In this document: positions 34,601 to 45,550 of the stretch, piece by piece
How the letters are laid out: every line of letters starts with the position of its first letter
Position numbering within the stretch: the first letter of the stretch is position 1
Assembly: GCA_964016885.1 (NCBI GenBank)
Contig: OZ024741.1
Location: 413,044,001-413,108,000 of the forward strand
Length of the DNA: 64,000 nucleotides
DNA from: Eledone cirrhosa
Taxonomy: Eukaryota
Direction of reading: 5' to 3'
Translations under genes and position numbers: made by a program
Notes under the pieces: generated by a model
Told to the model about the DNA's origin: nothing
Databases searched by the model: none
What the model saw: the letters and a program-made list of their open reading frames with translations, nothing else

Positions 34601-34741
34601 CACCATTACCTATACAACACTGTCCCTCCCATACCATCATGTAAGCTATATAAATTAACATTTGCCATATTATAAAATTTTGAGGGATTTACTAAAATTA
34701 TAAATCCCACGTGTAAAATTGTAACTTAACCCTTTAGCATC

Positions 34742-36390
34742 TATGTTACTCTATATATACTATTTTTACCTCACAAATTACCTCACATAACATAACATTT
34801 ACATTACTCTATATATACTATTGTATTTTCACAGTAAAGGTTTTACCTCACATATCTCACATAACATTTACATTACTCTATATATACTATTGTATTGTCA
34901 CAGTAAAGGCTTTAACTCACATAATATCTCACATAACATTTACATTACTCTATATATACTATTGTATTTTCACAGTAAAGGTTTTACCTCACATAATATC
35001 TCACATAACATTTACATTACTCTATATATACTATTGTATTTTCACAGTAAAGTCTTTACCTTATATAATATCTAACATAACATTTACATTACTCTATATA
35101 TACTATTATATTTTCACAGTAAATCTTTACCTCACATAATATCTCACATAACATTTATATTACTCTATATATACTATTGTATTTTCACAGTAAAGGCTTT
35201 ACCTCACATAATATCTCACATAACATTTACATTACTCTATATATACTATTGTATTTTCACAGTAAAGTCTTTACCTTATATAATATCTAACATAACATTT
35301 ACATTACTCTATATATACTATTATATTTTCACAGTAAATCTTTACCTCACATAATATCTCACATAACATTTATATTACTCTATATATACTATTGTATTTT
35401 CACAGTAAAGGCTTTACCTCACATAATATCTCACATAACATTTACATTACTCTATATATACTATTGTATTTTCATGGTAAAGGCTTTACCTCACATAAAA
35501 TTTACATTACTCTATATATACTATTGTATTTTCACAGTAAAGTCTTTACCTTATATAATATCTAACATAACATTTACATTACTCTATATATACTATTGTA
35601 TTTTCACAGTAAAGGCTTTACCTCAAATAACATTTACATTACTCTATATATACAATTGTATTTTCGCAGTAAAGGCTTTACCTCACATAATATCTCACAT
35701 AACATTTACATTACTCTATATATACTATTGTATTTTCATGGTAAAGGCTTTACCTCACATAATACCTCCCATAACATTTACATTACTCTATATATACTAT
35801 TGTATTGTCACAGTAAAGGCTTTACCTCACATAACATAACATTTACATTACTCTATATATACTATTTTATTTTCACAGTAAAGACTTTACCTCACATAAT
35901 ATCTCACATAACATTTACATTACTCTATATATACTATTTTATTGTCACAGTAAAGTCTTTACCTCACATAACATAACATTTACTTTACTCTATATATACT
36001 ATTGTATTGTGAGAGTAAAGTCTTTACCTCACATACCATAACATTCACATTACTCTATATATACTATTGTATTTTCACAGTAAAGGCTTTACTACGCATA
36101 ATATCTCACATAACATTTACATTACTCTATATATACTATTGTATTTTCACAGTAAAGGCTTTACCTCACATAATATTTCACATAACATTTACATTACTCT
36201 ATATATACTATTGTATTTTCACAGTAAAAGCTTTACCTCACATATCTCACATAACATTTACATTACTCTATATATACTATTGTATTTTTGTGGTAACCAC
36301 TTTACCTCACACAATATCTCACATAACATCTACATTATTCTATATATACTATTATATTTTTGGGGTAACCACTTTACCTCACATAATTAC
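34742..36390 (+). repeat. 72-bp AT-rich tandem satellite, ~23 copies
   Basis: Unit CATAACATTTACATTACTCTATATATACTATTGTATTTTCACAGTAAAGGCTTTACCTCACATAATATCTCA, with some shorter 60-71 bp variants. Confidence 0.95.
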
Positions 36391-36989
36391 ACCATCATCA
36401 TCATCCTTTTGAAAATAACCATGAATTTTGAGGGATTTAGTAAAATATCATTTTTGTTATTTAATCAGTTCTTGGAACATAACTTGAAATTTCTTCCATA
36501 GAATTTGATGGAAGGTTTTTCACTAATTATAAACACTTTATCATTTTCATTTCTATATTTCTAATAAATAACATCGTCATTGATTTTCAAATAATTTTGA
36601 AAATAATCAAAAATTTGGAGGTATTTGATAATATATGTAAACCTTAAATTATTAAGATGATGTTTGGAATATAACTAAATATAGGTTGACATAAAATTAT
36701 GATGAAAGGTTTTTAGATGAATATTAAACTAGTCAAGCTAATATGAAGCATTGTGAGATATGTAATAAATATTTTGTTTTATTTGTCATCCTTTGCTCTT
36801 TATATAGTTCCACCGTTAAGAGCTGAAACACTTGCTTGAGTGGGGGTTTCTTCTCTGAAGACCTTCTGCAGTCCAGTTCTTCTGGGAGTTTCTTCTCTGA
36901 AGACCTTCTGCTGTCCAGCTCTCCTCAGAGTTTCTTACCACTACTGCATTGTGCCAACTTCCTAAAACTTAATATCTTGCCAACAACAA

Positions 36990-37290
36990 TGTTTTTCATG
37001 ATCAGAGTTGCTGAAGCATGGAGCAAACTACCTGCATCAGTTGTTAGTTGTTGGGACACTGCATCCCTCAAAACTAGCATGCTTTCTGAAATTCAGCAAC
37101 ACTACACCTGATATTCCCCCTCCATACAAACACATGCATCTGTGTGTGGTGTGAGTCTGTGTGTATATCATGACTCACACACTGTTCACTTTCCTGACAT
37201 TTGTATATTATTCTATGTACTATACATGCACCTTTGATGAGTTGTAGTGCACCTGAGCACTGTACACAATCATTTTCATTATTTCATTTT
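36990..37290 (+). mobile_element. 3' end of a CR1-group LINE (ORF2 C-terminus + 3' UTR)
   Basis: Translates FFMIRVAEAWSKLPASVVSCWDTASLKTSM..., matching the FF.xRV...WN.LP..VV....FK C-terminal signature of CR1/L2-type RTs; stop at 37109-37111; CATTTT-type tail. Confidence 0.7.
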
Positions 37291-37689
37291 AAAATATATA
37301 TTTATATATTGTCAAAGCAGGGTGTGGTTTCAGGTGGTTTCGGATCAGAAGGGTTAAGACTATTTGGAAAATAGAGTATTTGCAATAACAGTTTTCTACA
37401 CAATAATTGTTATGTCTGTTAAAGTTGATATCACTTGAAAGTCAAACAGCAACGCCCTAACAATCATACACAATCACAGCGGGAGAGTTTATGTGAAACT
37501 CAGCATCAACACAAAATATGAAACGTTTTCAAGACAGACGACAATAAAACTTAAAATTCTGACACAAATATTTAAACATTTTTGTTTTGTTTTGGTAAGG
37601 AGGGAGCTGATGAGCAATCCAAAAATTTCTATTGAAAATAAAAAAAATTATTTTTTTTCTTCTGAGAGGACACTTCAATGTGTCTAAGA

Positions 37690-37815
37690 CATGACTACTT
37701 CCCTAGTGCAGTTGCCACAATAAAATACACCCAGTACACTCTGTAAAGTTCTGGTGACATGAAACAATACACCCAGTACATTCTGTAAAGTGGTTAGTGT
37801 TAGAATGGGTATCCA
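37690..37815 (+). mobile_element. Degenerate RTE-5'-motif SINE fragment
   Basis: Duplicated AATACACCCAGTACA(C/T)TCTGTAAAG followed by GTGGTTAGTGTTAGAATGGGTATCCA, homologous to ~45280-45335 and to the RTE 5' end at ~58030-58080 (minus). Confidence 0.55.
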
Positions 37816-38073
37816 TACTACCACCACCACATTACACCATACTACCATACCACACGAACACAACACCACCACCACCACACCATCACCACAACACCACCAT
37901 CACTACACCACCATACTACCACACCACACCATCACCACACCACCACACCATCACACCACCACCACCACCACCACACCACCACACTATCACCACAACACCA
38001 CCATCACCACACCATCACAACAACACCACCACCACCACACCACCACACCATTACACCACCACAACACCACAAC
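37816..38073 (+). repeat. Imperfect (CCA)n/(CACCA)n low-complexity tract
   Basis: Direct reading. Confidence 0.9.
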
Positions 38074-38304
38074 AAAAGATAGGATCATTTTGAAGATTTC
38101 GAAAGCACCTGTGTACCGAAATATGGCTTTATCAAAATTCTCTAAATTGTGTATTGAAGAAATTTTTTATATAATTAACTGTCAAAACTCTATTAATCTC
38201 AGGACAGAATTATTTAATTCTTGCAGACATCGCCAAAATTCTACATTCAGAACTATGTGTAATTTATAATATTCCTATAGATCTTCAAAATGATCCTATC
38301 TTTT
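38074..38304. mobile_element. 231-bp MITE-like element with perfect 24-bp terminal inverted repeat
   Basis: AAAAGATAGGATCATTTTGAAGAT (38074-38097) and its exact reverse complement (38281-38304); no clear TSD. Confidence 0.55.
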
Positions 38305-38395
38305 TTAACAATTTAAATTTTTAATATATTAATATCTCTATTTGTAGTACTTTCACCTTTCAGCAAACATTTCTTATTATATATATATATATATT

Positions 38396-39025
38396 AGAAA
38401 GTGAGGGTTTTTTTACAAAATGAAAAATAACCGAGGTGCCCTACACGAGTGAAAGTATAAAGAAAAAAAAGAAGAAATCGAAAATGCAACTGGAGTCTTA
38501 TTTAAAAAAATATATATATATATATTTATTTGGTTCCTTTACCGGTTTCGCAGTTCTTCTGCTTTTCAAAAGTAGAGTTGAGATGGAGAGTCTGTGGTTT
38601 TTCTCACATCTGGTTGGTCTTTGAATGTTACTTGTTTTATATGGAAAAAAGTGGCTCGAAACGCCAGGTTTTTAGAGAAGTAATTTGATTGGTTGGTCAA
38701 TAATTATAATAAATTTCGCGTTACAAAGTTCTTCAAACAGAGGGGGGGGGGTCAGGTTATTTTTTCATATATGAGTGTTTGAATTTCTTTTTACTTAAAA
38801 AAAGGGCCCACGAAGGCTTTTTTTAATAAACCTAATTTGATTGGTTATAAATGAAATTATGGCTGTCACGTGAACAAGCTTTCATTAAATTTCGCGCCCG
38901 TATTTGGAAATCTATTCTGTAGCCTTTTTAGAGAATTTTATAACCATATTCACTGAACCAGAACAATTCTCCCATCCCATTTCTCTTGACTATTAATTAT
39001 CTTTTGCTTGTAATATTTTTTTTTT

Positions 39026-39030
<5 letters not shown>
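38396..39030 (-). mobile_element. Non-coding Penelope-pLTR-like element with hammerhead
   Basis: Bounded by (TA)n; minus-strand HHR at 38537-38572; promoter-like motifs upstream; shares TTGAGAT(G/A)GAG.GTC.GTG with ~41866-41885. Confidence 0.55.
38537..38572 (-). ncRNA. Minimal type I hammerhead ribozyme (UUGAAAA core variant)
   Basis: Minus strand: CUU-UUGAAAA-GCAG(AAGAA)CUGC-GAAA-CCGG-UA^AAG; stem III is the palindrome ACCGGU; U3:A8 replaces C3:G8. Confidence 0.7.
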
Positions 39031-39074
<44 letters not shown>

Positions 39075-39213
39075 ATTAAAATACTTGAGTGCGTTAGAGT
39101 TAAACACACTCGTCGTATTAGAGAAATGACAGTATAAGATATAGCTCAATGTAATCCAACAGAGCCGAAAAATTATAAAAAATAAACAAAGAAGCCTTCA
39201 ATACATCAAAAGT

Positions 39214-39270
39214 CTTTATTAGCTGACAATGTTTCGTCCCATTAATAAGGACTCATCAGAGCAAGTAAAG
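39214..39270 (-). ncRNA. Minimal type I hammerhead ribozyme in Penelope pLTR
   Basis: Minus strand: GCU-CUGAUGA-GUCCU(UAUUAAU)GGGAC-GAAA-CAUUG-UC^AGC; stem I extends imperfectly (UCUUUACUUGCU / AGCUAAUAAAGA). Confidence 0.8.
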
Positions 39271-40746
39271 AGACAAGAAGCATTAACGGCGAGAACAAGC
39301 CAAAACTCAGAAGAACAGGGAATTTATATCTATGAAATCTTAGGAAAGACATCATGGAAAGACATGCTAAAGCTAAAAGTGTGCATTTGCAAATATAGAC
39401 TATAGGGCAAGAGAGCGAGTAATATATCAAACCCACGTTGAAAGAACAATATAAGACAAATACATGAAACACAACATAGTAATACAATATGAGAATTATA
39501 ATATGATATAGAATACAATATAATGGATAATAAGAAATAAAAAGCTTAATATATATGTATATATATATATACATATATATACACATTTACACAAACACAT
39601 ACTAACACTTATTTAAATATTTAAATATAAGTATACTCGTTATAATATAATAATCATTATAATAGCATAATCACCCTAACAGTGTGCATAAACAATATCA
39701 AAAACAGTGGAATAATATACTGACATTAAAAAATATATAAAACTACATCATACGTATCATTTAAGGTCAACAAATTGTATATAACGTTTTTCACAGGGTA
39801 AGAAAAAATATCATATAAAAATAAAGTATGGTGAAAAATATATATAAATATATATAATATTGACAATAAATATACAGAGGTATAGGCAGTTCAAATTCAT
39901 AAAATATTACAAAACAGTACCTCAATATCGGACATGTATATATAATTCAATTACATAAAAATAATGACATATTAATGTATATATTACAATAGCAGACACA
40001 CAGAATCAATGGAAAATGCTTAAGACATATTTACGCGATGTATACAAATAGACATATCAGGAGACAATAACAAATGATAGGACAACAGACAGCATGTGGT
40101 AGTAAAAAAATAAATTAAATAAAACGAAGAACAAAAACAAAAACAAGCACAGACACGTAGGCGTTACAAGTCATTAGGTAAATATAGATAATATTACTAT
40201 TCTGAATCAAAGAATTAAATTGAAAACCTTATTAAATTAATTAATACTAAAACTGTTTAAAAGACATTATGGGTCACTTCATATGGAATAAAATTTAAGT
40301 CATCAAAGTCGAATAAAATCAAGATATTTCAATAAGAAAGCTAAAAGATCTATCAAGATATATTACGATCCGTCCAGACGAATTACGTTATCAAGGAAAA
40401 AACTCTAAATAAAACTATGGTAGACCAATGGGAACAGAAAGAAGTAGAACTATGGAGGGTAGGAAGGAGCATAAAAGTAAAAATTTATATATAATCAATA
40501 TAAATTGATTATATATAAATTTTATATATAATATTAAATATAATATTATTTTCATCCCAACCAGGGATGAAAATAAAGGTAGAAACTTATAAGGTGACAA
40601 TGGTGAGTAAAAATGTAATAATGGTTAAGATGATAGATAGGGTAAGATAGCTAAAAAGACTATGAAAACTAAAATCGAAAAACCGTAGAAAACCAATAAT
40701 GGTAATAATAATGAACTCAAACCAAAGTGATAAGGTAATATAGCAG

Positions 40747-41160
40747 CTAATGGATACGGTTTAAACTACCAGAGCTTTTAGGTCTATAATAGAAGAAGGA
40801 ATTAGAAATAGCATGCGGACAGGAAGAAAATATTTCAGATTTTCTATTAAGCAATACGTTCCTAGAGAAAATTATAGAGTGGGTCTCAAGGATACAAAGA
40901 ATACAGGATTTAGCGTGTGTTGAAAGGTGATTAGAGTGTGCTACTATACGCCAATTTAGGCTATATGGTATACCAGCCCCTTTTAAATCCCAGATATGGT
41001 GTGCTAAAGAAGTAGAGTTCTTAAACTTGATATGCTTAAAATTAGAAATATGTGAATTAAACCTAGTTTTAAAAGTATTAGATGTGGAGCCTATATATGT
41101 TCTACAAGAAGAATTAGTCTTAACTTCACATGCATAAACAATATTCCTAGAGAATATTGT
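40747..41160 (-). pseudogene. Penelope-type GIY-YIG endonuclease, C-terminal ORF fragment
   Basis: NIVYACEV...TYIGSTSNTFKTRFNSH...SLAHHIWDLK...W.I...CILCILE...LLNRKSEIFSSCPH; typical PLE endonuclease motifs; truncated at the 5' side by the inverted pLTR. Confidence 0.85.
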
Positions 41161-41345
41161 CTTATATTGTTCTTTCAACGTGGGTTTGATATATTACTCG
41201 CTCTCTTGCCCTATAGTCTATATTTGCAAATGCACACTTTTAGCTTTAGCATGTCTTTCCATGATGTCTTTCCTAAGTTTTCAAAGATATAAATTACCTG
41301 TTCTTCTAAGTTTTGGCTTGTTCTCGCCGTTAATGCTTCTTGTAT

Positions 41346-41402
41346 CTTTACTTGCTCTGATGAGTCCTTATTAATGGGACGAAACATTGTCAGCTAATAA
41401 AG
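41346..41402 (+). ncRNA. Minimal type I hammerhead ribozyme (inverted pLTR copy)
   Basis: CTGATGA 41357-41363; stem II GTCCT/GGGAC; GAAA 41381-41384; GUC cleavage triplet ending 41391; stem I GCT/AGC. Confidence 0.8.
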
Positions 41403-41450
41403 ACTTTTGATGTATTGAAGGCTTCTTTGTTTATTTTTTATAATTTTTTA

Positions 41451-41501
<51 letters not shown>

Positions 41502-41506
<5 letters not shown>

Positions 41507-41638
41507 AGTAAGTAGGACCCCGACGGCTGAGCTCAAGCCGTCGGGGTCCTACTTACTCCTATTTCCCACTCTACTACCCTAAGTATTGAGTACTTTGGTG
41601 CGTTATGGTCCACCTGTTTCCTTACCACTTTTCCCTCG

Positions 41639-41640
<2 letters not shown>
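41502..41640 (+). mobile_element. Short fold-back PLE-type stub (same family as 48373-48567)
   Basis: 27-bp perfect arms 41502-41528 / 41536-41562 around GAGCTCA; unique tail highly similar to 48489-48567; embedded in (TA)n. Confidence 0.7.
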
Positions 41641-41697
<57 letters not shown>

Positions 41698-41705
<8 letters not shown>

Positions 41706-42062
41706 TAAACGGAATAGAAAATGCTGACAAATTGTTCACAGTTGAAAAATGGTTTAATTAGGAATAAAAGAGTATTAGTGATTGTATGGGTTAGTATTCA
41801 GTTGTGGTTTTAAGTTTTTAAGTTTTTACCGGTTGCGCATTTCTAAATGCTTTTCAAAAATAATTTTGAGATAGAGTGTCCGTGCTGTTTGCTAACCGGT
41901 AAAAACTTAAAAACTTAAAACCACAACTGAATACTAACCCATACAATCACTAATACTCTTTTATTCTTAATTAAACCATTTTTCAACTGTGAACAATTTG
42001 TCAGCATTTTCTATTCCGTTTACCAATATATAATAACTTGTGTGTTACACCTCTATTCTTTT
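41698..42062. mobile_element. Fold-back element with ~137-bp inverted arms and degenerate hammerhead
   Basis: Arms 41698-41834 / 41894-42030; minus strand reads UUGAAAA-GCAUUU(AG)AAAUGC-GcAA-CCGG-UA^AAA at ~41823-41862; embedded in (TA)n. Confidence 0.7.
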
Positions 42063-42073
42063 AACTATATATA

Positions 42074-42124
<51 letters not shown>

Positions 42125-42379
42125 GTGTATAGATATTTATATATTTATGTATATCTATATCATGTATATATTTATGTATATCTACATCCCTCGTAACTCA
42201 TATTATAAACAACTAATAATTGCAACTTATTTCTTTAATAAAAATACATATGCTATTATTAAAATATATATAGATATTTATATATTAAACAATATTATAA
42301 GATAAATACTTACAAACATAATTTTCCATATAAATATATACATAATATAGGTAAATATTCAAATTTATTTCCCCAAAAT

Positions 42380-42860
42380 TAACATATATAAGTGATCTTC
42401 TTTTTCCTTTTCCTTCTTCTTCTTTTTCCTTTTCCTTTTTTTCTATTTTCTTTTTTCTTACTTTCTTTCCTACTAATATATCTAAACTTTCCATAGCGTT
42501 TAAAATAACGGTTTTTCAATCATATAACTCAACCTTATTTACATATTCATTTGCATACTCGTCCATAAGTTTGAAAAATCCGTTCTTTAATCTCACTACG
42601 CAAGGAAAATTCAACTAAGGTATGTTTCCTTGGCTATGTCAAAATTTATAAAACACACTTTGTATTTTATCTGATGAAAGTGTACCAAAGTTTTTGGTAC
42701 CCTTGAAATATATATAATAGAATAAATATGGTTTTATAAATATAGTTTTCATTTATTTAATATCATTGAATATTTACTCCAGAAATCTGTCGAGTGCTCT
42801 GAATCAGTTATAAACATTTATTTTTGTTGAATTTCCAACAAATTAAATATCCCTTCTACT
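42380..42860 (+). mobile_element. Penelope-like 3' end (related to 60786-61300 minus)
   Basis: Shares AACGGTTTTTCAA, the TATTTTAT stem I, and TACTCCAG...GAGTGCT with the 3' region of the PLE at 60786-63030; followed by (TA)n(TG)n. Confidence 0.6.
42663..42724 (+). ncRNA. Type I hammerhead ribozyme
   Basis: UAUUUUAU-CUGAUGA-AAG(U)GUACCAAA...UUUGGUAC(C)CUU-GAAA-UAUAUA-UA^AUAGAAUA. Confidence 0.8.
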
Positions 42861-43322
<462 letters not shown>

Positions 43323-43367
43323 TGTATGTATATATATATGTATGTATATATATATGTATGTATATAT

Positions 43368-43928
43368 GTCCCATGGTCGGGTCGTTGGCGACTAAACTGG
43401 CAAACCCACCAAGGATTCTTAGTGAGGAGGGTGACTTTGGACATCCTGCAGGACTAAAAACAAAACCTGTCAAAGGGCAAAGGAGTTCTTAAGAGTCAAT
43501 GGCCATCCAAAATCACCGGGAGAGATGACCCGTTAGCCTTTGTCAAGGCAGAATTCTAGGAGAAGGAAAACTCTGATATAACACCTGCAACCCTGTTGGT
43601 ATCCAATGATGTTGACTTGTTCTTCTTTTTGGTAAATATCATCTTGGTTAAGAGAGTGGGACTGGCTTTGTGCAGTGCTTTTGCTCACTATAAAAGCTTC
43701 ACGGCACAGGCATTGCTTTATTATCTGGAGATCTCTCTGCACTTGTCGTCACATGGTACCATGGGCCCAGCACTATGTGTCAATAATTGTCACAGGTGTA
43801 GTGTTTGTACCAGAGTTTTCAAGTCGCTGGCTGGACTAAAAAGTCACACTCGTTCAGCGCATCGGTAGGGGTTCTCCTACATGGATATAAAGTAGTGGCC
43901 GTACTCGAAAACGAGTTGGCAGCCACCA
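43368..43928 (+). mobile_element. Non-autonomous RTE/BovB-type retroelement (5' UTR-like part + C-terminal C2H2 remnant + tail)
   Basis: Ends with CSVCTRVFKSLAGLKSHTRSAHR*, a CxxC...H...H C-terminus typical of RTE/BovB ORFs; flanked by (TA)n. Confidence 0.5.
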
Positions 43929-43934
43929 TGTATA

Positions 43935-43965
<31 letters not shown>

Positions 43966-43966
<1 letters not shown>

Positions 43967-44160
43967 AGTTTTAATATAGATGAGATTCTACAGGACTAGA
44001 ACTGTTTCATTCTTTAGAAATCATCAGGGATTCCTGATGATTTCTAAAGAATGAAACAGTTCTAGTCCTGTAGAATCTCATCTATATTAAAACTTTTATA
44101 CTCTGCAATGTATTGAGTACCTTACTTACTGTGGTTACCTCCGATTCAACCCGGAATAAC

Positions 44161-44163
<3 letters not shown>
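43966..44163 (+). mobile_element. Fold-back PLE-type stub with 130-bp palindrome
   Basis: Perfect arms 43966-44028 / 44033-44095 around GATT; tail contains GTATTGAGTAC shared with ~41583 and ~48509; embedded in (TA)n. Confidence 0.75.
44027..44079 (+). ncRNA. Type I hammerhead ribozyme with full stem III
   Basis: GGGAUUC-CUGAUGA-U.UUC(UAAA)GAA.U-GAAA-CAG(UUCUAGUC)CUG-UA^GAAUCUC; cleavage predicted after A44072; U-U mismatch at the base of stem II. Confidence 0.7.
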
Positions 44164-44206
<43 letters not shown>

Positions 44207-44554
44207 AAATTCTTCATTAGAAAGTACAAACCGCAACTGACCACACAAAAAATGATATTCCATCTTCAAATAACGGGTTTCTCTCCTTTAAAAAAAAAAA
44301 ATCATATTAAAAAAAGAAAGATATCCAAATAGAAGTTGATGACAACCGATCAAACATTGGATGGTTGAAGAGAAGAACCACCATCGGATGTACACTACCA
44401 TTTCATTAATTCCCCCTTCCCCCCTCAATCTATATGTGAACTTAAATACTTGAGTAGATGTGTATACATATGTGTGTGTAGATGTGTTTGTATGTGTGTA
44501 TGTATGTGTGTGTAGATGTGTATGTATGTGTGTATATGTATGCATGTATGTGTG

Positions 44555-44595
<41 letters not shown>

Positions 44596-44664
44596 GCATA
44601 TATGTGTGGATATGTGTACGTATGTGTATATATGCACGTGTGTGTGTATATATATATATATATT

Positions 44665-45150
44665 AAGGGAACTACTACCACTGCTTGCTGCAAAAGGGTT
44701 TTCCCTCAAAATGAAAGGAAGACTGTGTGATGCGTGCATACGAACAGCAATGTTACATGCTAGTGAGACCTGGGAACTGTGTACAGAGGACCTGTGAAGA
44801 TTGGAAAGAAATGAAGCTTGCATGCTCTGATGAATGTATAATAGTAATATACGCGAACGGCAAAGCATAAACAAATTGAGAGAGAGAGACTGAGCATAAG
44901 AGGAATCAAACGCTGTGTGCAGGAAAGGAGATTGCGTTGGGATGGACATGTGATGCGTATGAAGGATGACAGCAGCATAAAAAGGTGCAGAGCACAAAAA
45001 GTTGATGGAAGCCCTGGAATGGGGAGCCCCAAGAAGACCTGGAATGAGGTGATAAAAGCTGACCTTACCCAATTACACCACTCAAAGGCGATGACACAGG
45101 ACTGAGACCTCTGGTGTTACACAGTAATACAGAAGACCTGACTTCCCACG
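44665..45150 (+). pseudogene. RTE LINE 3' ORF fragment
   Basis: RELLPLLAAKGFSLKMKGRLCDACIRTAMLHASETW...QERRLRWDGHVMRM; homologous to the C-terminus of the RTE at 54913-55437; contains stops. Confidence 0.85.
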
Positions 45151-45216
45151 GGTACAAACCAAAGCTGAAGCATATAGACAATATGCCCCCACACCCTCCG
45201 ACTGCAAAGTGGTCAT

Positions 45217-45470
45217 GGGGGTGCCATGACAAAAAATCACCTAGCCCACACTGTAAAGTGGCTGTGTAGGGACCACGGTTAAAAAGCATCCAGTACTCAC
45301 TGTAAATGAGGTTGGTGTTAGGAAGGGCATCCAGCTGTAGAAATAAAGCCAGAATCAGTTCCTGTATGAGCAAGGCATGGTCACCCGACCGGACACTGCC
45401 CACAACAGGACAACCCGTCTAACCTATGCTAGCGTGGAAGAATGGACATAAAACAGTGATGATGGTGATG
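45217..45470 (+). mobile_element. Bipartite RTE-dependent SINE-like element
   Basis: RTE 5' motif GGTTGGTGTTAGGAAGGGCATCCAGC plus RTE-type 3' tail ATGCTAGCGTGGAAGAATGGACATAAAAC followed by a degenerate (GAT)n. Confidence 0.65.
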
Positions 45471-45477
45471 TGATATA

Positions 45478-45550
<73 letters not shown>

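Larger units (their letters stand above)
1..34640 (+). repeat. Compound C-rich tandem satellite: core TTACCTATACAACACTGTCCCCCCTTACCATCACA (35 bp) + (CCA)n, typically ~40-55 bp per unit, roughly 700 units; runs off the left edge of the window
   Basis: Unit repeated head-to-tail throughout, with variants (GTCCTCCC, GTTGCCCC, CAGTCC, ACTAGTG) and variable CCA number; interrupted only by the two Helitron copies; degenerates at ~34330-34640. Confidence 0.98.
34726..37357. mobile_element. piggyBac-like MITE remnants (TTAA|CCCTTT... and ...AAGGG|TTAA ends) surrounding the 72-bp satellite and CR1 fragment
   Basis: TTAACCCTTTAGCAT at 34726 and GATCAGAAGGGTTAA ending 37357; repeated internal motif AATTTTGAGGGATTTA(C/G)TAAAAT at ~34676 and ~36424. 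The two ends may belong to different copies. Confidence 0.35.
39071..41450 (-). mobile_element. 5'-truncated Penelope-like retroelement with inverted pseudo-LTR
   Basis: GIY-YIG fragment at 40747-41160; 292-bp inverted repeats 39168-39459 and 41157-41448, each with an HHR; flanked by (TA)n on both sides. Confidence 0.85.

Noticed and set aside
292-34658. Very long His/Pro/Thr-rich ORFs (up to 1536 aa) as real genes
   Set aside because: Overlapping ORFs occur in all three frames of a stop-free satellite, unit length is not a multiple of 3, many starts are non-ATG or Helitron-derived, and sporadic stops occur. Kept only as a hypothesis in findings.
1-36390. CRISPR-like repeat/spacer appearance of either satellite
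   Set aside because: The variable parts are (CCA)n or absent rather than unique spacers; no cas genes; eukaryotic context.
40340-40400. Possible minus-strand hammerhead (UUGAUAA...GUAA-UAUA-UC)
   Set aside because: No GAAA and no stem I pairing.
44335-44372. TTGATGA-CAACC...GGTTG hairpin as a hammerhead
   Set aside because: U3:G8 core, no GAAA, and no stem III or stem I.
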